Origin: Octopus bimaculoides
Taxonomy: Eukaryota
DNA length: 64,000 nt
Direction of reading: 5' to 3'
NCBI RefSeq assembly: GCF_001194135.2
Contig: NC_069007.1
Span: 1-64,000, forward strand
The position numbers and the translations under genes are program-made. The notes under the pieces were generated by a model. The model saw only the letters and a program-made list of their open reading frames with translations, was not told the origin of the DNA and made no database searches. Below are positions 1 to 11,312 of this stretch, piece by piece. How positions within the stretch are numbered: position 1 is the first letter of the stretch; each line of letters opens with the position of its first letter.

Positions 1-442
1 GAAGTCTTGGTAGTGATGGATCCTTCGTTCTCGTTAGTACTTTTAGAAGGTAAACTCGTATAAAAGCAAAAACCTGAAGTGCTGTTTGTTTCTGGTTGTC
101 TCCACCTTTATTGTTTCACTGGTTTTATAGCTGGCTGCACTAAATAAAGTGGGGACTGTGCAACACTTTATCTACACAAAACTGACGCACAGAAAAGTCT
201 TGGACTCTCAGAACATTTGCATGGATTTGATGAGTTTCAGAAATGATCCAAGTCGGTCGCCAGTTCACTTCCACCATATCTTGAATTAGCTTGCAAAGGT
301 TTTGGGACGATCTTTGAACCTAAAACCAGAGATCGTTAAACAATCAATCTCCCCCCTCCCCAATGATACACATGAATGTAATACAGTAAATAAATAGAGT
401 ATGGCAGGTAAATATGTATTAGAAAACAGTAGATAAATCTGA

Positions 443-556
443 TTACTTTACCATGTCATTCTGTTTCAGACGATTTTCCCGATGAACTTGGACGAAAATA
501 AGACATTCGTTTGGCGACCCACCGTCTCAAGTGGCCAATATCCGTTTGCGCATGCG
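443..556 (-). promoter_or_regulatory. ZNF-cluster promoter/first-exon module A (gene lies left of the window)
   Basis: TGCGCATGCG at 547-556 (NRF1/EWG-like). TTACTTTACCATG at 443-455 reads CATG|GTAAAGTAA on the minus strand (splice donor). Homologous to the modules at 9.9, 20.1 and 30.3 kb. Confidence 0.7.
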
Positions 557-1899
557 TCTCGTTAAATACAAGGCAAGCGAGTAGTATTAGACTGCAGCAG
601 CCTTACTGGTTCGAAGCAATTTGAATCGAACAATTCATCCCCAGTACTTATTGATTCTATGTATTTGACGAACCGCTATAATACAGGGACATAAACAAAC
701 AAGCACCGTTTGTTAAGAGGTGTAGGGTGACAAACACACATATATACCTTTCGTCTGTTTGTCATTACACAGCGGTCATACTGGGGCACAGCCTTGATAT
801 TTTTTTAAATTCTTTTTAGTCAAATGAATCGACCCCAGTAATTCTTTTTTATGCATGGTATTTATTCTATCGATCTCTACCCCGCAACGCTAAGTTAAGG
901 CAGCGCAAACACACCAACACTGGTTGTCAAGCGGTGGAGCGGGGGAACAAACATAGACATGTATACATACATATATACAACGGGCTTCTTTCAGTTTCCA
1001 TCTACCAAATTCACTCTGAAGCTTTTGGTCAGCCCCTTTGATTACTATTTTATTCTGGTGGACCCACATAGCTATTCGATGATTAAAACTTGTTTTATAG
1101 AAATTTCTTTCAAAATTCCTATTTTGTTTTCTTCTCACATTCACTTGTGGAGCTTGAACTCTGTAAAATGTTAGAAAAAGAAACGCAGCAATACCAAAGC
1201 CAAATTTTTTCATGGGCATTCTCCAGCATTCCAACTCTGGGGACAGCTCATTCCAACTCTGGGGACAGCTCATTCCAACGTTCCAACGTCTCAGCAACCA
1301 AACCTATTTCCTCCATGAATAAATATTGTTGTATTGATAGTTCAGAGTTCTGCGTTCTGTTGTTATTTAGAATTTAATATAGGAAAGCGGGTGTATAACC
1401 ACTTTCCTATAGGCCCTTAGTGGATTCTCAATCTACTATTTTGTTGCATGGTCCCATGAAAATCTTATATGGACCCCACTTGAGAACCATTGGGTTAGAC
1501 GGTTTGACCGGAGATGGTAAGCCAGAGGGCTGCCATGACCCCTATTTCATTCCTAGTTTTTCTAGCAGTAATAGCCTGAACCCTTTGATTTCTTACAGTT
1601 ACTAGTTTTGGTTGTTGTGGATCTTCTTGAAGTAGGCTGGAGTAGATGGCATCAGAAGGTGAAAGGCCATTGTCGAAAGGGTTGTCAGAGGGAACCCTAT
1701 GCTGTTCGTTGGGTATCCTATGTCGGTGTTTAGAATTCTTAAGCTTAAACTTGTTAGTGTCAGCAAGGTTAGAGGTTGTGGAGTAAGAGAGATTATGTAT
1801 TGTTTGAATATTTAATAGTATTTGTGGTGGAAAGTTTGTTTTAAGTAGATGAAATTTTACTTGGAGATTGAAGTGGGGGGGGGGGGTAACTTTCTCTCA

Positions 1900-2760
1900 T
1901 TTCTATTTTTTTTCTCTTAATGTTAGTGTTATTAAAGTTTTATTCTGAGGAGTTAGGGTTAACTGAAACTGCATGAGTAATTTGTGGGTCTGGGAACAGG
2001 ATTTTCAAGTTGATTTACTATGATTATGCAAGTGTAGTTTTGGGGTGTTGAGTTTGGTATATAAGGGATCTTTTCTGAGTATCCACACCTGCTAAGAGTT
2101 TCATTGTAGCAGCCAGCTATGTTCTGGAAAATTTACTTGTTTGTGGAGAATTATGAGACTCTAGTAGACACATTTTTGACTTTTGATTGATTTACGGTGA
2201 TTAAAGCTTCAAGGGACATAATGCATGTTTTCGTTTGGCTTGTTTTGGTTTCAAAGGGGGAGAGGTTGTAGGTCCTAAATAACTTGCTATGGTTTTTTTC
2301 AGGTCTGTTCTATTTGGGATGGATTATATCTTTACACAGTGAGAGGGCAATCATCTCTGTATAATGTGCTGCCTCCAATATGAGGAAAATGGGTCTTAAT
2401 AATGTAGGTAGATTCCAACTAGATATATGTAACTTGGCCAGAATCCATAAAGCCCAGTTATATCAAAGTTGTTGTGGAAGGAATTTAGTGTCCATAGGTT
2501 ACCTCCCAACTCAATGATAGTACTCCTCATTGCTTTTATAATATTAATATCCTGTTTAGAAATAGCTGTTTTCCCTAGTGAAAATGAAAGCCTTGTTGAG
2601 AAGAATTGGTAATATCGAAGAACAGTTGGCATCAATGTCAAATTGCAGATTTCTCCTATTTTGCAGATTTCCAAACCAGTCTCACAGCACAACAAACCCA
2701 TTCATACATTCTCCAGAAGTTCCTTATTGATGTTTCACATTTCCAATCCTGCACAATTAC
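1900..2760 (-). mobile_element. Decayed Penelope-like retroelement, RT fragment
   Basis: ORF 2396-2701 (SKQDINIIKAMRSTII..LWTLNSFHNNFDITGLYGFWPSYIYLVGIYL) resembles the Penelope RT region DIxIIKHARKSLLF...FDVTMGSYDGAEVCELVGLY; disrupted. Confidence 0.6.
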
Positions 2761-3329
2761 AGCATGTTTACTTTCTATGTCATCCATATCTGAACTATAT
2801 AATGCAAAATGTTCATACAAAAAATTGCTGTTCTGACTCACAACCATTTGAGTTTGACTGCATGACCGTTTCTGGAAGCTATGCTTGCCACTGGCAATTA
2901 GTCCCCCTCCTCCTCCGTGTACCTGCTATTTAGTCGGATGAGTAAATACATGGTGGCCCAAAATTAATGAGGATTTGAGTGAAATCGGATGCATTTTCAT
3001 TAAAACTCACTTATGTCTATCATGTTTAATTTGTGTTAAAAGTGTATAAATTTTGAATTTTAATTATAATTTTAGTTTCATTCCTGTTGGGCCTCTTTTA
3101 TTAGTCTATGGCAGCTTTTTTTCCATTTGGCAGCAATCATTTTCTCTACTTCCATCCCCAAGATGAAGCAAACATTTAGCTGAGCTTAAAGAACACATTC
3201 AGTTAGCAGTGCAGGAGCTAACTCCTGAAATGCTTCAAAATGTGTTTCACAAAAATAGGGAGAGGTTTGAAATATGCAGGGATACAAATATGTTGAACAT
3301 TTTCAATAAAAGTTTCACATAAGATTTTT

Positions 3330-4960
3330 ATGTGGTATGGTCAGAGATTGAGAAATCTGACGAGGAGGGGGTTACAGACTTGTAACATAGAGAGCAACTG
3401 GGAATTCCTTTGGGACAGCTTGCTGAGTGCCATAGACCAAATCTGTGGCTGGTGCCAAGTCCCATCTAGACTGATGGTAACATGGTGGAATGATGCTGTA
3501 TCTAAGGCCATTAGGGCAAAGAAAATGGCCAGAAAAGACTGGAAGTGTGGGAGTTGCAGGGAATTGTATCAAATAGCCAGAAGGGAAGCTAGGAGGCAGG
3601 TATACTTAGCTGTGGAAGTAGCAGGAAAGAAGCTTGCCAATGTTCTGCAACACGAGGACAGAGATTTGAAGTGTTTCAGACTGCAAGAGAAAATTGTGAT
3701 GTCATAGGAGAAAAATGTGTCTGCATGGATGATGGTTCACTTATATTTAATGATTCTACAAAGATAGAGGCTTGGAAACGCTGCTAAATGAAGAGAATGA
3801 GAGTCTGCCAAAAGTTAACCCAACGGAGGGACCAGCTGTCCATATCAGTAGTACCTTGGTGGATAAATCAATTAAGGAATATGAAGACGGGAGAAACCCC
3901 CGGTCCATCAGGAATCACCACTGAGATGCTTAAAATATCTGGCAGTGTAGGTTATGGGCTAGTTACCCATATGGTTAACAAGGTGGTACATGAAGGCATC
4001 GACTGGTGTAGCAGCACCATTATCAACTGCTGTAAAGGTGACACCGTAGATAGAAATAATTAGAGAGGTATCAAATTGTTGGATCAGGTGATGAAAGGGA
4101 AAGAGTCATAGTCGAATTAATTAGTCTAGATGAGATGCATTTTGGTTTTGTGCCAGGGAGAAGTACTCTTCTATATTTCTGGTAAGACAGCTGCAGGAGA
4201 AATTCCTATTCAATGATAAACCTCTGTACCTGGCTTTTGTTGAGATGGAGAAAGCCTTTGACAGGGTCTCTCGATTCCTTACCTGGTGGTCAATGTGGAA
4301 ACTAGGGAGAGACAAGTGGCTGGTGAGAGCTGTACAAGCCATGTACTGGGATGCTGTCAGTAAGGTAGAGGGTTGGCAAGGAGTATAGCAAAAAATTCAG
4401 GGTACAAGTAGGGGTTCACGAAGGATCAGTCTTCAGTCCTCCAGACAATAACATAGGAATTTAAGACAGGCTGCCCCGGGAGCTCCTCTATGCTGACAAC
4501 CTTGTTCTTATAGTTGAATCATTACCAGAAGTAGAGAATTTTCAGGTGCGGAAGCAAGGTCTAAAATCGAAGAGCCATAGAGTTAACCTAGCAAAAACCA
4601 GTCTTAGTAAATACGAAAGCAGATAAATCACAAATCCCCTCAGGTAGATGGTCCTGCTCGATCTGTAGAAAAGGTGTAGGTAGAAACTCCATAAGATGTA
4701 GCCAGTGCAAGCTATGGACACATAAGGGGTGCAGCAATATCAGTAAGATTAACAGGGAAAATAGTTTTTGTGTGGTAGGTGCACAGGTACAGTTAACACT
4801 AAAAATGTGCAGAAAATAGCGCGCCAAATGCCAGCAGTGAATAATTCTGGAGGGCAAAGATGTGACACGAAATTCTTCCTTGCAAAATGTTGTCCAATGC
4901 CTGGAAAACGTATCCAACAAATGGGAACATGAAACAGTTTTTGTGATGGCTTTGCAGCAT
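3330..4960 (+). mobile_element. Decayed RTE-clade LINE
   Basis: WWNDAVSKAIRAKK, LAFVEMEKAFDRV, WLVRAVQAMY and ELLYADNLVL (YADD-like) motifs across several frames with stops and frameshifts. Confidence 0.85.
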
Positions 4961-5429
4961 TATCAAAGCACATTACTCTATCTCCAGCATTAAAGTGTTA
5001 TTTTTTCCACCTTTTTTCACATTTCTGTGCCTTATTCTGGTATATATTACCATATGTAATAACAAAATGTTTTCTTTCATGATTTTATATATTTATTTCC
5101 AAAATAACAGAATTGCCTTCTGAGAATATATTTCTCACCGACTGACCAACAATGCCCCATGAATCTAAAGTATATTTTGTCCTTTTTGGAATATATAAGG
5201 TGGAGTATATGTTAGTATTATAAAAGAATGTTTTTTTTTAATGAAAAATAACATGACATTATCTCACTGTTTTAGCTAGATTAAAGGAACCTAAAATATA
5301 ACACTTGGAGCTTGTTGTCACCGTCAGTGATTCTTTTGTTTGTGTGAAGACTTTGTTATAAATTTTAATTTTATTACATAATTTGACTTTGAAACAATGG
5401 TTTACCTCATATACTAGAGTGGCATAGTT

Positions 5430-5530
5430 TTCTTTAATGAAGTGCTGCCATCAGAGGATGATTTACCACAAATGTTACAGTGACATGGATGCATTTGTGA
5501 GCAGTTAGGATGATTATGTACTCATTCCAG
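5430..5530 (-). pseudogene. Relic zinc-finger coding sequence downstream of ZNF1
   Basis: Minus strand reads LTAHKCIH, then (frameshift) PCHCNICGKSSSDGSTSLK. Confidence 0.6.
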
Positions 5531-5823
5531 TGAGTAAAGTAGAGAAATTTTGCTAGTAATCTCATTTAGAGCAAATATTTCACTATAATTCCTCACAGAT
5601 TTACATAAAACTGGGTTATGTACCTTTAATAATCAATATTGACAATGTGTCTGAAGTTGTAGTTAAATAATATGAAAGTGTTTGAAGTTTGTTACCACAC
5701 TATTTTATTACCTGTGTATATAATGTATGTTTACAATTTAGTTTCACAGACTGAGCTGTGACATCAATACAATAACTATATGTACAGTTAAGTGAGAGAC
5801 TGTAACAAAAACTATCAATAATA

Positions 5824-7347
5824 TTACTTCTCTGTTGTATGAACGGATTTGTGTTCAGTTAAGTTCTCAATCTGAGAGAACGACTTGCCACAAATATCAC
5901 ATTGATATAGTTTCTCTCCAGTATGAATAGACATATGTTTCTTTAAGTTACTTGCTATAAGAAATGAGTTACCACAGATATAACAGCAATATGCTTTCTC
6001 TCCTGTGTGAATTCGTTTGTGTTGTTTTAAGGTACCTCGTAGAGAGAATGATTTACCACAAATATCACACTGATATGGTTTATCTCCTGTATGAATGCAT
6101 GCATGTTCAGTTAAGCTTTCTTTTTGACAGAATGAGTCGCCACAAATATCGCAGTGATATGGTTTCGTTCTTTCGTGAATCTGCTTGTGCCTGCTTAAGT
6201 TGCTTTTATCAGTGAATGATTTATCACAGACATTACAGTGAAATGGTTTTTCTCCAGTATGGGTCCGAACATGATTAATAAGAATAAATTTTTGTGAAAA
6301 TGCTTTATCACAAAAATCACATTTATATGGTTTCTCTCCTGTATGACTTTTTATATGCCTGGTTAAATAAATAACCTGAGGAAAAGATTTTCCACATATT
6401 ACACAATGATATGGTTTCTCTCCTGTGTGAACGCGTTTGTGCTGTTGTAAGACACTTTTCACAGAAAACGATTTACCACAAATATCACAGTGATATGGTT
6501 TCTCTCCTGTATGTATGCGTTTGTGGTTAGTTAAGCTACCTTTTACAGTAAATGAATTCCCACAGATATCACAGGTATAAGGTTTCTCTCCTCTATGACG
6601 GCGTTTGTGATTGGCTAAGTAAGTACTTACAGAGAATGATTTACCACAGATATCGCAGTGATATGGTTTTTCTTCTCCATGAATCTCTTTGTGATTACGT
6701 AAGCTACTTTTATCAGAGAATGATTTACCACAGACATCACAGTGATGTGGTTTTTCTCCTGTATGGGTCCGTACATGTTTAGCTAAAATATATGCTTGAG
6801 AGAACGATTTATCACAGAAATCACATTTATATGGTTTTTCTCCTGTATGACTTTTTATATGTCGAGTTAAGTGAATAATTTGAGGGAAGGATTTACCACA
6901 GATAACACAGTGATATGGTTTCTCCCCTGTATGAATGCGTTTGTGTTTAGTTAAGGTACTTCCATCGGAGAATGAATTACCACAGATATCACAATGATGT
7001 GGTTTCTCTCCTGTATGAACATAGTTGTGTCTAACTAAATGATGTTTATAAGAAAACGATTTGCCACAGATTTCACAGCTATGTGGCTTTTCTCCAGTAT
7101 GAATATATTTGTGTGAAGCCAAACCATCTGCACGAGAAAATGACATACCACACATATCACAGTGATACGGTTTCTCTCCTGTATGAATGCGTTTATGTTT
7201 AGTTAAGGTATTCTTATCAAAGAGTGATTTTCCACAAACATCACAATGACAGGAATTAATGCATTTGTGAGTGGTGAGTGTAACTGCCTTAGAAAATGAC
7301 TTTTTACACACATCACAGTTGTATAACTTTTTTTTCTCTTTTGCCAT
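5824..7347 (-). CDS. C2H2 zinc-finger array protein (ZNF1), 17 canonical + 1 degenerate fingers
   Basis: Intact ORF of CxxC-x12-HxxxH repeats with TGEKP linkers. The ORF-track start at 7413 is TTG; the first in-frame ATG is 7347 (MAKEKKKLY), homologous to the starts of the paralogs. Exon-2 acceptor TTTCAG|AAC at 7543/7542. Confidence 0.93.
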   Translation of the reverse strand: MAKEKKKLYNCDVCKKSFSKAVTLTTHKCINSCHCDVCGKSLFDKNTLTKHKRIHTGEKPYHCDMCGMSFSRADGLASHKYIHTGEKPHSCEICGKSFSYKHHLVRHNYVHTGEKPHHCDICGNSFSDGSTLTKHKRIHTGEKPYHCVICGKSFPQIIHLTRHIKSHTGEKPYKCDFCDKSFSQAYILAKHVRTHTGEKPHHCDVCGKSFSDKSSLRNHKEIHGEEKPYHCDICGKSFSVSTYLANHKRRHRGEKPYTCDICGNSFTVKGSLTNHKRIHTGEKPYHCDICGKSFSVKSVLQQHKRVHTGEKPYHCVICGKSFPQVIYLTRHIKSHTGEKPYKCDFCDKAFSQKFILINHVRTHTGEKPFHCNVCDKSFTDKSNLSRHKQIHERTKPYHCDICGDSFCQKESLTEHACIHTGDKPYQCDICGKSFSLRGTLKQHKRIHTGEKAYCCYICGNSFLIASNLKKHMSIHTGEKLYQCDICGKSFSQIENLTEHKSVHTTEK

Positions 7348-8708
7348 GTCTTTCAGAACAGAGTGACTCCTTAAAATGTCTTTAATTCTTTTTGAGAAAT
7401 TTTCTTCTTCCAAAAATTCACCATAGGTTTATACAAACAAGGGCATATCTTCTGTAAAACATCCTGTCTTAAATCTTTAGAAGATAACAATGATGATGTG
7501 TCTGAAGTTAAGAATTCATTTCTGCCAAGGTCGTCAAATGTTCTGAAACAATAGAAAAACAGAATAAGAGACAGAAGGCACAAAAATATGGTTAACATTA
7601 AACTGTGCATATTCTCTAACTTTCTATATTGGTTTGAAATATTGGCACAAGGCCAGCAATTTCAGGGGAGGGTGTAAGTTGATTGTATTGATCCCAGTGT
7701 TCAACTGACACTTACTGCATGACAGGCCCTCATGCTAGTGGCACATAAAAAGCACCCACAACACTCTCGGAGTGGTTGGCGTTAAAGAAGAGCATCCAAG
7801 AGCCTGGTGAAGCCACCTGGCTTGCCAGTACTCAGTCAAACCGTCCAACCCATGCCAGCATGGAAAGCAGACGTTAAGCGGTGATGATGATTATATATAA
7901 TATATTGCTACACCATAGAAAGTTTAGGTAAACTTCGTCACTCACTCTCTTTGTTTGTTTAGGAGGTGGGGAATTTCGGAAAATCCACCGGAGTCCACTT
8001 CAATTCGCCTTAACTTTCAACAAAATTTATATTTTTTAATGAAATTCTATACAAATATACCTCGGACTATGTACATTCTGAAAAAACTTCAAACGGGGAA
8101 TTATTCCATTCAATATCATGATTTCTATAGAGATTATGTAACAAATTATACTTTACACTTCTATATTTAATTGTGCGTCGTGTATATTCCTTATTTCTGA
8201 TTCGGATGTCTTCTGCCTTTCTATTAGAAACTTTTACCTGGGAATTTACTTCAAGTGAAAAATGAATCGTATGCAACAGTTAAATCGTCTTAATAACAGA
8301 TTTCTGTTTACGAGACCTTTAGCTGTTATTTTTAGCATAACGAGTTTTCTGGTGAGGGCTTTAGTTTCGTTTCTTGCCAGTTTGTTGCTTCCGTAGAAAT
8401 GTACGGATGCACAAAAATTTCCTATTATTCCGGGATGGAGGGTGTCTAGTTTCCAACCCACCCTTTTTTCCATAAGGGGTTTGCAGCATATTTGGAGGTC
8501 TGGGTACTTTATTCCACGCAAAAAATCTGAGATTTTTTTTTTTTCTCAGTGAAAGAATCAAATAACAACGATTGTTCTTACAAATATATTAAGAACAATG
8601 TACGAAGTGGATACTATCATCGATGGCTCATTTCAGGAGAGTAGTGGCTGTACATTTGTGAGGGGCAACTCTTTCGTCCACTCCTTTAATGCATTACATA
8701 AAAAATAT

Positions 8709-8883
8709 GGTACTACTAAAGCAGCGCGGACCCGAACGCGCTAGCTAGTCGTGAGTGGTCGATCCTAACCCTAAGCCTAAACACGTATTCATTTGCATAC
8801 GCGCACACGCGCGCACTTGTCGTAGGATCGACTACTCACGACTAGCTAGCGCGGACGCGCGACCACTCTTCTTTAGTAGTACC
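8709..8883. mobile_element. CpG-rich mini-element (MITE-like) with nested inverted repeats
   Basis: Outer 13-bp IR GGTACTACTAAAG (8709-8721 / 8871-8883). Inner ~30-bp IR CGCGCTAGCTAGTCGTGAGTGGTCGATCCT / AGGATCGACTACTCACGACTAGCTAGCGCG. Related pieces at 9529-9630, 29424-29452 and 63190-63270. Confidence 0.7.
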
Positions 8884-8909
8884 CGCATAGTCTATATGTG
8901 TGTGTGTGT

Positions 8910-9110
8910 NNNNNNNNNNNNNNNNNNNNNNNNNNNNNNNNNNNNNNNNNNNNNNNNNNNNNNNNNNNNNNNNNNNNNNNNNNNNNNNNNNNNNNNNNNN
9001 NNNNNNNNNNNNNNNNNNNNNNNNNNNNNNNNNNNNNNNNNNNNNNNNNNNNNNNNNNNNNNNNNNNNNNNNNNNNNNNNNNNNNNNNNNNNNNNNNNNN
9101 NNNNNNNNNN
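8910..9110. other. Assembly gap (N run)
   Basis: N bases between (TG)n and (AT)n. Other gaps at 30983-31133, 62339-62407 and 63784-63883. Confidence 1.
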
Positions 9111-9937
9111 ATATATATATATAAATCGAGTCTGTACACACAATACAACGAAAGTTATAACAATTTTTAAACAGTAGGTGCTTCTGTCCTTTGTTCTGCA
9201 GCAGCAGGGGAAACTATAATAGGGGGCAAATCAGTGTGATAAAGGTTAACACCTTCTTCCTCTAGGGGCTGCATCCCGGACATGACCCCTGGCTGACCTT
9301 CTGCTCTTTTTAGCCACTGTGCATTTAAAACCACCTCGAGAAATTTTTAGTCGAACGAAATCGAACTCCGAACCTTTTATCTCCTTTAAGTCTGTTTTTT
9401 TATTATTATTATTATTATTCTATGGGTCTTTTAGGCCGAACCGCTAGGTTACGAGGTAGTAAACACCGGTTTCAAGCGGTGGCGGGGAACGAGCACCTAC
9501 GCTCAGACACATACGTAGAGTCGGGACATGTATTCATTTGCATACGCGCACACGCGCGCACTTGTCGTAGGATCGACTACTCACGACTAGCTAGCGCGGA
9601 CGCGCGACCACTCTTCTTTAGTAGTACCCGTATAGTCTATATGTGTGTGTGTGTGTATTGTAGGGTAGTTTTTATATGGCTTTTGGTAGAGACTGCAGAT
9701 AAAACAAATAAAGCCAGTGGGGGAACACGTGTGGGTCTGCCAGTATCACTGATTCGTCATAAAACCCCTATATATGTGGGGTTAGGGTGCTTCCACCAAA
9801 TTGATATAAACGAATAAATAATTAATGTATCAAAACAAAGACTCGAAGATGTGATAACATTTTAATTAATTTAATGGTGCATATTAGTCTTTTTTTAATA
9901 AACTAAGTATATATTAAGAAACTGTAGATAAATATGA

Positions 9938-10070
9938 TTACTTTACCATGAATAAATGCTTCCTACAAAGCAGACTGTTCGTCCGATGGAAGCGATTATA
10001 AACGTCATATTTCGCTGGTCCGAGCTTCGTCAATGACACCATAAAGGCAATCTCTCTTGACGCATGCGCA
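9938..10070 (-). promoter_or_regulatory. Promoter/first exon module B (ZNF1)
   Basis: CGCATGCGCA at 10061-10070; donor CATG|GTAAAGTAA at 9938-9950 (exon ends 9947). Confidence 0.75.
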
Positions 10071-10617
10071 TGGCGAAAATTATAATTATGAACACACAGA
10101 GGTATAACTACACTTGAGTGCTCCATCAATTTATTTCCTTGCAACTAGCTAGCAAAGTTGTTAGCACGATGCTCGAAGTGTTTAGCGGTCTTTCGTGCAT
10201 CTTTACGTACTGAGTTCATATTCCGCTGAGATTGACTCTTTTCAGGGTCGATGTAATCGGCTAGTTCCCTTCCATAGGTTTCAGACCTATGTGTCAAGTA
10301 GAAAGTTTCTTTGAACTCTGAAAGAAAAGCAGTTCATACCTTTTTAGTTTAAGGCTTTAAAGGGGAAAAAAATTATAGTGGTCAGAATTGCAACGAATGA
10401 TTTATTCAGAAAAACATGAAGACCGTACATATAATTAAACGTAAGATCTAGGCATAGCTGCTTAAGTGCTGACGTAGTTTTGTAGTAAGAAGTTTGCTTC
10501 CCAACCACATGTGCTTCGATTCAGTTCCCACTGTGTGGCACCTTGGGCAGCTGTCTTTTACAAATGCATCACAGGACCAAACCATCGTAGTTTTTTCTCT
10601 TGCATACTACACCTGGT

Positions 10618-11312
10618 GGATCTTTCTGATTTGACGGCCAACACTTTTCATTTATGTTTTATGTAGTGTTTTTGGTACCGAAACACTTCCAAACTTCGTA
10701 TACTTGTATATTTTGTGTTATAGAACAGATAAAAATGTTCGTATTCGAAGTTATTTCATGTAAAAAATTGTCGCATTTCGGTAATTTTAACCAATCACTG
10801 ACGTCTATTGAGGTGAAAACAAATACTGCTGTGGAATGTAAACAACATATTCTAACGGTGTCATGGGATCTTTTCCCTTGAATAAAATTAGTGCTGTAGT
10901 TTGTCAACAACTATCGGTGGTACTTTTATTTATGACATCGTTCGTGCGTTTGTACTGGTTTTAGCTTTAGGGTTAGGGTTATGATTATTTTTGCCATAAC
11001 CTCATTCCTAACCCTAACCCCCTAAACCCTTACTAGGGAATAATGATATAATTAAACAGAGAATAACACTCTTGACACCGGCAAAAATTATTGTTTACAA
11101 GAAGAGCAGTAACTGTATTCAGCTGAATAGACGTCAGTGATTGGTTGAAATTACAGAAATACGACAACTTTAACATGAAATAACTTGCGATGTACAATTT
11201 TTTGTTAAGGTTAAGAGAAGAAGTTGTTTCATATGACACATTCTACCAGTGTCCCAAGTTTGAAAGTGTTTCGTTAAGAAAACAAGTGGTGCCCGTCAAA
11301 TCAGAGAGATCC
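10618..11312. mobile_element. Fold-back MITE with central TTAGGG/CCCTAA repeats, copy 1
   Basis: Terminal IR GGATCTTTCTGATTTGACGG / CCGTCAAATCAGAGAGATCC, long imperfect inner arms, telomere-like repeats at ~10966-11030. Second copy, inverted, at 61502-62215. Confidence 0.85.

Noticed and set aside
1228-1279. 22-bp direct repeat x2.4
   Set aside because: No spacers; a simple tandem duplication, not CRISPR (and the DNA is eukaryotic).
5964-6782. Antisense ORFs with repeating [15 protein letters not shown] (also 14942-15172, 25628-26362, 37795-38445)
   Set aside because: Shadow frames of the 84-nt zinc-finger repeat; no independent coding evidence.
7348-7413. 22-aa N-terminal extension of ZNF1 in the ORF track
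   Set aside because: It starts at TTG; paralog alignment supports the ATG at 7347.
10966-11030. TTAGGG tracts as a true telomere or chromosome fusion site
   Set aside because: Short, degenerate and internal to a repeated MITE present twice.
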